From: Glaucostegus cemiculus
Taxonomy: Eukaryota
DNA length: 64,000 bases
Direction: 5' to 3'
Assembly (NCBI GenBank): GCA_976551045.1
Contig: CDPCPM010000050.1
Coordinates: 9,052,001 to 9,116,000, forward strand
Shown here: positions 14,200-24,034 of the stretch, one piece after another
Layout: each line of letters starts with the position of its first letter
Position numbering within the stretch: position 1 is the stretch's first letter
Position numbers and translations under genes: made by a program
Notes under the pieces: generated by a model
What the model was told of the DNA's origin: nothing
Database searches by the model: none
Seen by the model: the letters and a program-made list of their open reading frames with translations, nothing else

Positions 14200-14550
14200 T
14201 ATCAAAAGGGGGATGGATAGGGTAGATGGTAAGAATCTTTTGCCTTTGGTGGGGCTGTCTAAAACAAGAGGGCATAGATATAAACTGAAAGGTGGAATTT
14301 TTAGAGAGGATATGAGGAGGAGTTTTTTTTCCACACGGAGCGTGGTTGGAATCTGGAACATTCTGCCTGAGGAGGAGGTGAAGGAAGGTACTCTCACAAC
14401 ATTTAAGAAGCATCTAGACAAGCACTTGAATCAAGAATGTAAGGAAGGCTACGGACCAAGTGCAGGTAAATGGGACTAGAACAGATAAGTGCAATGGTTA
14501 GCATGGATATGGTGGTTCAAAGGGTCTGTTTCTGTGCTGTACAAGTCTAA
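14200..14550 (+). mobile_element. CR1-like LINE 3' end
   Basis: ORF 14213..14479 (MDRVDGKNLLP..SKTRGHRYKLKGG.FRED.RRSFF..VV.IWN.LPEE) plus tail aagggtctgtttctgtgctgta. Confidence 0.88.
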
Positions 14551-14764
14551 AAGGCCTTTAAGCTACTCATGTCAGGACAGGATGACTGAGGCCCACCCAC
14601 TCATTATCCACTCCACTTTGCAGTGCTCTAAGGACATAGCGTCAGCTTGGGCTATCCTCCATGTCCAGACCAGCTTAGTGCAAGTAGCTGGGCACCATCA
14701 CGAGGTCAGAGGGCCAGCTCCACTATGGAGAAATCCACCAACAACTGGAAAACTGGTACACACA

Positions 14765-15085
14765 TATGTGTGGAGTTGGTAGAACTGCTGCCTCACACCT
14801 GGGTTCAGTCCTAACCTCCGGTACAGTCTGTGTCGAGTCTGTATGTTCTCCCTGTGACTGTGTGTATTTCCGCTTGATGCTCTGGTTTCCTCCCACATCC
14901 CGAAGATGTGTGGGTTGGTAGGTTGATCGCCCCTAGTGCAGGTAAAGTGGTAGGATCTGAGGTGGAGTTGATGAGAATATGGGGGGAATAAAATTGGATT
15001 AATACAAGATTAGCATAAATGGGTACTTGATGTTTAGCATGAACTCAATTGACTGATAGGCCTGTTTTGTGCTGTATGACTCTAT
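14765..15085 (+). mobile_element. HE1/V-type tRNA-derived SINE
   Basis: tRNA-like head (ggtagaactgctgcctcac..gggttcagtcct), V-core tctggtttcctcccacatcc..aagatgtg, CR1-like tail cctgttttgtgctgtatgactctat. Confidence 0.8.
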
Positions 15086-15723
15086 CTAGATATCTCCCTT
15101 CACAATATTTAGTATCAAAATATTATTCAATGAGATTTGCATTTCCATTGAAATAAAACTTCATGCCAAGTCATGATCAAAAGTAAGTGTCTGGAGATAA
15201 TGGACAGATATTTTAAAATACTTGTCTGTCAAATTTAAAAAGATGCATGGAATACAATTTACTCTTGATGCCAGCACAAAAGGGCACCAAAAGAATCTAG
15301 CCATGATGATATACATATGTAGTTCTGCTACTTTCAATAATTAACCAGAGCAGCTCCCTTCCCCACACCAAGTATGTACACAGACTAAGTTCCCAGAACA
15401 ACAGAAGAAAAGCGTTTACATAAAAGTCATACTGTTAAAAAAAGAGGTTAGATGCACTTTGAAGAGCTCAGGCAAAATCACTTTCTGCTATTGGTCTATT
15501 AGCCAGCATAACAGGATGTAAATGTAAGCATAACAGATGTCCCATGGACCCAATTGCTTGAAGTAAACATGGAAGCTCTTAAGTATTCACTGTGGGCAAC
15601 CAAAGGCTAACTGCAAATGTTTCCACAGTGTAATAAATAATCAGTAACAATTAGCACAGAATTTATAGCTCGACAATCTGTTATTAACAGAATTAAGTTT
15701 GAAAAACATCCAAATGCCCATAC

Positions 15724-16202
15724 CAAGTTTATGTTGAAAGCAAACTTTAGCCAGTAATATCAAGATAAAAGGAAGCCCCTTCTGAAGCCAGGCAATGGCA
15801 GCCTTGAGCTCTGACAGTGCTGGGGCTGGAGTTCCAGGATCATCGCTGCCATCTTCCATATTTCCATGGCGATCACCAGAAACATGCAGCAAGGATGAAC
15901 GATGGTGGCTGTGGTGATAATGATGATGCCGATGGCGGTGATGGTACTGCATGTTCTCTGTACGAATGGCTCCTTCTTCCTGTGGGGTCATCTGTATAAA
16001 CACATCTCCAGTTCCAACTGAGGCACTGAGTGAAGACCCCAAAACTAGACCAGACTGGAATGAAGCAGCATTTATTGGGCCTGACTGTAGACCTGTCAGA
16101 CCAGAAAACATCTGCTGAGGGGATGGGCTTTCAGGTTTGAGCCCTTCAAAAACACCATTCTCGTCCACACTGTTCTCTGAACCAACTGTCTGACTCCTTG
16201 AT
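15724..16202 (-). CDS. RNFT2: RNFT2 large exon (479 nt): SRSQTVGSENSVDENGVFEGLK...His-rich tract...PGTPAPALSELKAAIAWLQKGLPFILILLAKVCFQHKL
   Basis: ORF 15641..16168(-) matches RNFT2 (GDVFIQM, HHRHRHHHYHH, PALSELK..WLQKGLPFILILLAK.CFQHKLG). Acceptor ttttctcttttAG, donor G|GTATGG; length 1+477+1 fits the neighbouring phases. Confidence 0.95.
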
Positions 16203-16289
16203 CTAAAAGAGAAAATAAAACAAGTTCACAAAGAATGTTGTAATTAAAAACTTAATTTTAACATAATTGGATATATCATCTGCCAAAGC

Positions 16290-17800
16290 TCATCTACTTT
16301 TGCAGTCGGTGAACTGTCACATGCAGTTCACATTGATAAATAAATCAACAACAGAATTACCAAAATAAGTGTGGTCTTTGGCAGTCTACATGCAATTATG
16401 TAGGAGTGCAGAGGCATCAGTCAACAAAGAAAAATGAAGGCCTACAAAGCCATTGTGCTATCTGTTCTGACGTGTGCATGTGAAACCAGCCTAGAAATTG
16501 GACCCATTTACTTTTTTTGAAAATAGAAAATTACACATAAAGACAGATTAACCCAGGGCAGATTGAGTTAGCTCCCATTGGGAAGATGGTCTAGCCCTTG
16601 TATAGTGATTCAACTTAGCGCGCCTGAGATTTACCAGAGATTTACCTGATGACACCACAGATTGCCACTGCCTATGTTTCCTCCATTGCTGGCATTAATT
16701 GGGAAGTTTTGGGCAAAGTGTTCTATCTTCATTAGAGACTCAAGACAAGCAGCACATTGCACAGGGATTCATGATAATCTGTTACCTGCCATTATGCTTT
16801 GCGTACAGCATCTCCAACAATTCCTAATGATTAGCATAAAGAACATGATTCACTGGAGCTCTCTTCATTAAATGCAGCCTCCATGTGCAAATCAGTTCAC
16901 TGGTCCCTTGATCAGCCAGATAACAACTTATTCATGGCACAGGAAGGGATCAGGACAGACTATCGTTTGCAGGATGCACAGGTCAATAGGACAGTGCCAT
17001 GTCCCACCTCCTCCACACCATGCAGCCTTTCCTGCCACCTTACCTTATGCAGACTTGTGGAGACTTCTTAAACTATGGCTTGCTTCCTGGTGCACAACAA
17101 CAAAGAGGTTGTTGCAAGCTCTTCATGCAGTGCTCAGTGCGAACCCAACACAACTCCTTTCAGTGTGTGACTCTGTGCAAAATGCCAGAGTGCTGCTTTT
17201 AATGTTTTTTTGGCCAAATTTCACTAATTTTTCTTGGGAGATCCAAGTGGGTGTTAGTGCTACACACAGCCCATGTTTAGCACCACAAAGAAGGGTGAAA
17301 TCCAATTTCTAGGCAACCATGCTGTAAGGCTGAGCCAGTTTCACATTGGCTGTCAGAGGAAGCTGATAGGTATAAGATGGCATGAGAAGGTCCTGCATAT
17401 CGATGCTAAAACATAGGCAGGTTTATACACTGATGAGATGAGGACACCAGATGGGCAACTGACAAAGGAGATCTCCCATAGCAGGCTATAAAGGACAGAA
17501 AAACCCTCCCACTATGAGCAAAAGAAACATTTCAAGGGCTCCCTCAGGTCATCCTTGAAGTATTTCAATATGACCCAGCATATTGGGAGAATCTTACCCT
17601 TGACTTTTCCACCTGTTGAAGCCCCATCCATTGTGAATGTAGTTTATGAACCATGGCAGAACAGAAGCGAAAGCAATGATAATCTCACAACAGCAGCGTA
17701 TCCATTGTTAATCATGCAACTCAAAGCAGAATCTCCTGTTCGGTGTGGCACAGGCGGTTCAAAGCAATAATTGTCCTGAGCAGCCACTCACGTGCTCACA
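16290..17800 (+). mobile_element. Decayed RTE-clade LINE 3' ORF, interrupted by a TIR element at 16489-17314
   Basis: Motifs ID..INNRI.K.S..FG.L, RGI...KMKAYKAIVLSVL..ACET before the insert; HA.RLSQFH.GC.RKL.GI.W, PDG.L.K.I, QKKHFK.SL..SLK after it. Confidence 0.7.
16489..17314. mobile_element. Non-autonomous DNA transposon (826 bp) with perfect 14-bp TIRs
   Basis: GCCTAGAAATTGGA (16489-16502) and TCCAATTTCTAGGC (17301-17314); AACCA flanks both ends; it splits a collinear RTE ORF. Confidence 0.75.
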
Positions 17801-18365
17801 GAGTTCAAACCAACCTGTGATACCATGGCCATCTTTGAATTCAACAGACGAACGATCGAATAAATCATGCATACGTACAAATATGGTAGTACTCAGAAAC
17901 TATAGGATAATTGGTGGAGGAAATAGACAAATTCACACTGTTACAAAACTTAAATCTCTGAAGTTGTTTCTAAGACACACATTGTTTGAGCAGGTTAATA
18001 TAAAATATAGGAAATTTGAAATAAAACAGGTTCTGGATTGAAGAGAGAATATAATTTCAAAAGTCAGGATATAATACTTGTTGATCATCTGTGACCTTAA
18101 CCTAAGATTAAAACATCTTTTCTTAAGGGAAGAGTGAACTACCTTAATCCAAAATTAATTTAATAATCACATCTAATAAGCAGGTGGGTTACAGAAGAAA
18201 TCTATTTTCTACCCATTGTAAATTAATTAAAATTAACTACTCACATTTGCAATGTACAAATGTTTGAATTTATTAAATATTTCCAACGATGTGATTGACA
18301 AGGCTGACCCTTGGCCCTTCCCATCCACTTCTTTCTAATCAAATAACTGCAGACATTTGTCTTAC

Positions 18366-18412
18366 CTCTCTGGTGGGACGTTATCCGCATTACTACTATG
18401 CCTTCTTTGCAT
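18366..18412 (-). CDS. RNFT2: RNFT2 (RING finger and transmembrane domain protein 2), first coding exon, CDS part: MQRRHSSNADNVPPE+R(split)
   Basis: Minus strand reads ATG CAA AGA AGG CAT AGT AGT AAT GCG GAT AAC GTC CCA CCA GAG AG|GTAAG, matching the vertebrate RNFT2 N-terminus (MQRRHSSNxDNxPPER). It ends in phase 2, compatible with the next exon. Probable acceptor tttgcatttAG puts the exon start at 18447. Confidence 0.88.
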
Positions 18413-18899
18413 CTTCTTCCAATCCGTCGTAAATTGGAAAAAAAAATCTAAATGCAAAGAAAAGTTGTTTTACTGACGTAGATATTAAACCAAAATCTGA
18501 AAAAGTCAAATCAACATTCATTTTTGTATATGACAAACAGTGAATTGAGCAACTCCAGAAATTACATTCCACAAATAACATCATATTGAATCTTTTCTCA
18601 TCAGTCTGAGGCCTGTTTAATATGATGTTGGAATAAGGCATCAATCTGCAGCCAGCAATGTTTGGATTATTACATTTTCACAGCATGAGCGGTGACGCCC
18701 TGTTCAAATGTTAATAGTCTGTGCTGATCACTTTGGATTATTGTAGGGGTTGCTATGTTTCAATTGCACTGTTCACCACACAGGTTAACATTAAAACACC
18801 CCAGGTACTGGGTGCAATCTCACCCCCATTCATTCCCTGCAGCAGCAGTCACCGTGACTGACAGCCCTTTGTTTTTTGCTCTTTGACCTTTCGCATGTC

Positions 18900-19144
18900 T
18901 AGCGTATTACATCACCGAACGTGAATCCGGTCATTAATTGGCAGCTGAGTTCACCAATGAACGCGCAGTATTGGTGGCCGCAGGGAGAGGATAACCCAAT
19001 CGGGGTTCAGCATTTGGGGGCGGGGCTTCCTCCGGTGGCTTGGCAGTTGGTTTCCTCCCGGAGTCGGGGTGGCGGACGATCGCGCTGCGCTGATGTCTTC
19101 GGGCCGGTAGCGCCAGTCGGGGATTCGGGAGATCCGCCGGCCTG
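18900..19144. promoter_or_regulatory. Bidirectional CpG-island-type promoter shared by RNFT2 (-) and SPRING1 (+)
   Basis: CpG-rich patch between the divergent ATGs (18412 and 19145). Four NF-Y boxes (ATTGG 18937, CCAAT 18954, ATTGG 18970, CCAAT 18996), Sp1 box GGGGCGGGGC 19017-19026, ETS-like TTCC motifs, no obvious TATA. Confidence 0.8.
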
Positions 19145-19255
19145 ATGGTGCACTGCATCTCTATGGTGTGGCGCAAGGTGCTGAGGAAACGCTGGGTGCT
19201 CGCCGTGGTCTTCAGCCTCTCGCTCATCTATTTCCTGCGCAGCACCTTGAGACAG
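19145..19255 (+). CDS. SPRING1: SPRING1 (C12orf49; SREBP pathway regulator, S1P cofactor) exon 1: [37 protein letters not shown] (cytosolic tail plus TM anchor)
   Basis: 37 codons homologous to human [37 protein letters not shown]; donor CAG|GTGAGA with GT at 19256. Confidence 0.95.
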
Positions 19256-22200
19256 GTGAGACCATCCCGACCCCCCATCCCAATCCATCCCGGGACAGGC
19301 GACAGCATCTCCCAGGCCGTCCCGGGACGGGCGAGAGCGTCTCCCAGGCCGTCCCGGGACGGGCGAGAGCGTCTCCCAGGCCGTCCCGGGACAGGTGAGA
19401 GCATCTCCCAGGCCGTCCCGGGACAGGTGAGACCATCCCAACCCCCCATCCCAATCCATCCCGGGACAGGCGAGAACATCTCCCAGGCCGTCCCGGGACG
19501 GGCGAGAGCATCTCCCAGACGTCCCGGGACAGGCGAGAGCATCTCCCAGGTTATCCCGAGACAGGCGAGAGCATCTCCCAGGCTTCCCGGGACAGGCGAG
19601 AGCATCCCGACCCCCCCATCCCAATCCATCCCGAGACAGGCGAGAGCGTCTCCCAGACCGTCCCGGGACGGGCGAGAGCGTCTCCCAGGCCATCCCAAGA
19701 CAGGTGAGAGCATCTCCCAGGCCATCCCAAGACAGGTGAGAGCATCTCCCAGGCCGTCCCGGGACAGGTGAGAACATCCCGACCCCCCATCCCAATCCAT
19801 CCCGAGACAGGCGAGAGCATCTCCCAGGCTATCCCGAGACAGGCGAGAGCATCTCCCAGGCTGTCCCGGGACAGGCGAGAGCATCCCGACCCCCCCCATC
19901 CCAATCCATCCCGGGACGGGCGAGAGCGTCTCCCAGGCCGTCCCGGGACGGGCGTGAGCGTCTCCCAGGCCGTCCCGGGACGGGCGAGAGCGTCTCCCAG
20001 GCCGTCCCGGGACGGGCGAGAGCGTCTCCCAGGCCGTCCCGGGACGGGCGAGAGCGTCTCCCAGGCCGTCCCGGGACGGGCGAGAGCGTCTCCCAGGCCG
20101 TCCCGGGACGGGCGAGAGCGTCTCCCAGGCCGTCCCGGGACGGGCGAGAGCGTCTCCCAGGCCGTCCCGGGACGGGCGAGAGCGTCTCCCAGGCCGTCCC
20201 AGGACAGGTGAGACCATCCCGACCCCCCCATCCCAATCCATCCCGAGACAGGCGAGAGCGTCTCCCAGGCCATCCCAAGACAGGTGAGAGCATCTCCCAG
20301 GCCGTCCCGGGACAGGTGAGAACATCCCCCAGGCTGTCCCGGGACAGGCGAGAGCATCCCGACCCCCCCCCATCCCAATCCATCCCGAGACAGGCGAGAG
20401 CGTCTCCCAGGCCGTCCCGGGACGGGCGAGAGCGTCTCCCAGGCCGTCTTGAGACGGGCGAGACCATCCCGAGCCCCCATCCCAGGCCGTCGCGGGACAG
20501 GCGAGAGCGTCTCCCAGGCCGTCGCGGGACAGGCGAGAGCGTCTCCCAGGCCGTCGCGGGACAGGCGAGAGCGTCTCCCAGGCCGTCGCGGGACAGGCGA
20601 GAGCGTCTCCCAGGCCGTCGCGGGACAGGCGAGAGCGTCTCCCAGGCCGTCCCGGGACAGGCGAGAGCATCTCCCAGGCCATCTCGAGACAGGCGAGAGC
20701 ATCTCCCAGGCCGTCCCGGGAGAGGTGAGACCATCCCGAACCCCCATCCCGATCCATCCCGAGACAGGCGAGAGCGTCTCCCAGGCCGTCCTGAGATGGG
20801 CGAGACCATCCCGAGCCCCCATCACAGGCCGTCCCGGGGCGGGCGAGAGCGTCTCCCAGGCCGTCCCGGGGCGGGCGACAGCGTCTCCCAGGCCCTCCCG
20901 AGACAGGCGAGAGCGTCTCCCAGGCCGTCCCAGGACAGGTGAGACCATCCCGACCCCCCCATCCCAATCCATCCCGAGACAGGCGACAGCGTCTCCCAGG
21001 CCGTCCCAAGACAGGTGAGAGCATCTCCCAGGCCGTCCCGGGACAGGTGAGAACATCCCGACCCCCCATCCCAATCCATCCCGAGACAGGCGAGAGCATC
21101 TCCCAGGCTATCCCGAGACTGGCGAGAGCATCTCCCAGGCTGTCCCGGGACAGGCGAGAGCATCCCGACCCTCCCCATCCCAATCCATCCTGAGACAGGC
21201 GAGAGCGTCTCCCAGGCTGTCCCGGGACGGGCGAGAGCGTCTCCCAGGCCGTCCCGGGACGGGCGAGAGCGTCTCCCAGGCCGTCCCGGGACGGGCGAGA
21301 CCATCCCGAACCCCCCATCCCAATCCATCCCGAGACAGGCGAGAGCGTCTCCCAGGCCATCCCAAGACAGGTGAGAGCATCTCCCAGGCCGTCCCGGGAC
21401 AGGTGAGAACATCCCCCAGGCTGTCCCGGGACAGGCGAGAGCATCCCGACCCCCCCCCATCCCAATCCATCCCGAGACAGGCGAGAGCGTCTCCCAGGCC
21501 GTCCCGGGACGGGCGAGAGCGTCTCCCAGGCCGTCTTGAGACGGGCGAGACCATCCCGAGCCCCCATCCCAGGCCGTCGCGGGACAGGCGAGAGCCCCCA
21601 TCCCAGGCCGTCGCGGGACAGGCGAGAGCGTCTCCCAGGCCGTCGCGGGACAGGCGAGAGCATCTCCCAGGCCGTCGCGGGACAGGCGAGAGCGTCTCCC
21701 AGGCCGTCGCGGGACAGGCGAGAGCGTCTCCCAGGCCGTCGCGGGACAGGCGAGAGCGTCTCCCAGGCCGTCCCGGGACAGGCGAGAGCATCTCCCAGGC
21801 CATCTCAAGACAGGCGAGAGCATCTCCCAGGCCGTCCCGGGAGAGGTGAGACCATCCCGAACCCCCATCCCGATCCATCCCGAGACAGGCGAGAGCGTCT
21901 CCCAGGCCGTCCTGAGATGGGCGAGACCATCCCGAGCCCCCATCACAGGCCGTCCCGGGGCGGGCGAGAGCGTCTCCCAGGCCGTCCCGGGGCGGGCGAG
22001 AGCGTCTCCCAGGCCGTCCCGAGACAGGCGAGAGCGTCTCCCAGGCCGTCCCAGGACAGGTGAGACCATCCCGACCCCCCCATCCCAATCCATCCCGAGA
22101 CAGGCGAGAGCGTCTCCCAGGCCGTCCCAAGACAGGTGAGAGCATCTCCCAAGCCGTCCCGGGACAGGTGAGAACATCCCGACCCCCCATCCCAATCCAT

Positions 22201-23565
22201 CCCGAGACAGGCGAGAGCATCTCCCAGGCTATCCCGAGACTGGCGAGAGCATCTCCCAGGCTGTCCCGGGACAGGCGAGAGCATCCCGACCCCCCCCATC
22301 CCAATCCATCCTGAGACAGGCGAGAGCGTCTCCCAGGCCGTCCCGGGACGGGCGAGAGCGTCTCCCAGGCCGTCCCGGGACGGGCGAGACCATCCCGACC
22401 CCCCCATCCCAATCCATCCCGAGACAGGCGAGAGCGTCTCCCAGGCCATCCCAAGACAGGTGAGAGCATCTCCCAGGCCGTCCCGGGACAGGTGAGAACA
22501 TCCCCCAGGCTGTCCCGGGACAGGCGAGAGCATCCCGACCCCCCCATCCCAATCCATCCCGGGACGGGCGAGAGCGTCTCCCAGGCCGTCCCGGGACGGG
22601 CGAGAGCGTCTCCCAGGCCGTCCCGAGAGGGGCGAGACCATCCCGAGCCCCCATCCCAGGCCGTCGCGGGACAGGCGAGAGCGCCTCCCAGGCCGTCGCG
22701 GGACAGGCGAGAGCGCCTCCCAGGCCGTCGCGGGACAGGCGAGAGCGTCTCCCAGGCCGTCCCGGGACAGGCGAGAGCATCCCAACCCCCCATCCCAATC
22801 CATCCCGAGACAGGCGAGAGCATCTCCCAGGCCATCTCGAGACAGGCGAGAGCATCTCCCAGGCCGTCCCGGGAGAGGTGAGACCATCCCGAACCCCCAT
22901 CCCGATCCATCCCGAGACAGGCGAGAGCGTCTCCCAGGCCGTCCTGAGATGGGCGAGACCATCCCGAGCCCCCATCACAGGCCGTCCCGGGGCGGGCGAG
23001 AGCGTCTCCCAGGCCGTCCCGGGGCGGGCGAGAGCGTCTCCCAGGCCGTCCCGGGGCGGGCGAGAGCGTCTCCCAGGCTGTCCCGGGGCAGGCGAGAGCG
23101 TCTCCCAGGCCATCCCGAGACGGGCGAGGCGTCTCCCAGTCCATCCCGATACGGGCGAGAGCATCCTGACCCCCCATCTCGAGACGGGCGAGAGCATCCC
23201 GACTTCCATCCCAATCCATCCCGAGACGGGCGAGAGCATCTCCCAATCCATCCCGAGACGGGCGACAGCATATCCCAATCCATCCCGAGATGGGCGACAG
23301 CATCTCACAATCCATCCCGAGATGTGTGAGAGCATCCCAACCCCCATCCTGAAAGAGGTGAGAAAATCCCAACCCCCATCCCAGTCCATCCAGGGACCGG
23401 TGAGATCATCCTGGTCCCCTTCCCAATCCATCCTGAGACAAGTGAAGCCATCCCGACCCCTTCCCCAATCTATCCTGAGGGAGGTGAGACTGTTTCAGCT
23501 CACTTCTCAATCCATCGACAGGTGAGACCACCCCCAACCCCCTTCCCACAACCTGAGACAGGTAA
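19250..23565. repeat. GC-rich minisatellite/VNTR in SPRING1 intron 1: 32-bp core unit plus ~43-45-bp variant, ~1.1-kb higher-order repeat
   Basis: Unit CGGGCGAGAGCGTCTCCCAGGCCGTCCCGGGA recurs with period 32 (e.g. 19981, 20013), interspersed with GACAGGTGAGACCATCCCGACCCCCCATCCCAATCCATCCCG units; degenerates after ~23100. Confidence 0.97.
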
Positions 23566-23777
23566 AAAGGCCCCTTGCTCTCGTCAATCTGGCTGGATCC
23601 TGCTCTTCTGAGGCAGGCTGGACTTGCCCCTGGACTCCAAGCTAAGTGCCCACAAGCTCTCAACTCCCACCATTCTGGTTTGTGCCTCCCAAATTTCAAC
23701 CCTGAAACTTGTTGGTTTCTCTTGGACTTTTTTTTTATTGTTTGATTCTTATCTCCCATAAACTGAAGAACTAACTA

Positions 23778-23930
23778 GTCAAAGTCAAGTTTATTGTCAT
23801 ATGCAGAAGTACGGGTACGCATAGGTACAATGAAAAACTTACAGCAGCATCACAGGCACATAACATCATATAAGCAGTGTTCAGAAGATCAACATAAATT
23901 AAACATAAATTACGTGCAATTTTTCCAAAT
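23778..23930 (-). mobile_element. 3' tail of a Rex1/Babar-like LINE
   Basis: Minus strand ends in ..tgacaataaacttgactttgac, the same tail type as 52826-53045 and 55480-55775. Confidence 0.5.
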
Positions 23931-24034
23931 TGAAACCTGAAACATCAGGTGACCTGAAACATCACCTGTCTATTTCCCTCCATAGATACTACCTGACCTG
24001 CTGAGTTCCTCCAGCTCCTTTGTGTGTTGTTTAG

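Noticed and set aside
15641-16168. ORF as a standalone 175-aa protein
   Set aside because: It is an internal RNFT2 exon (15724-16202); the called start is GTG, and the tail runs into the intron.
19007-23525. Very long ORFs on both strands (811, 754, 507, 457, 400 aa and others)
   Set aside because: They are translations of a stop-poor 32-bp repeat. The same peptides cycle through all frames because 32 is not a multiple of 3, and there is no domain content. Only the exon-1 read-through frame is kept as a hypothesis.
19250-23565. CRISPR-like appearance (32-bp palindromic repeats)
   Set aside because: Units are directly adjacent with no unique spacers, there are no cas genes, and the context is a vertebrate intron.
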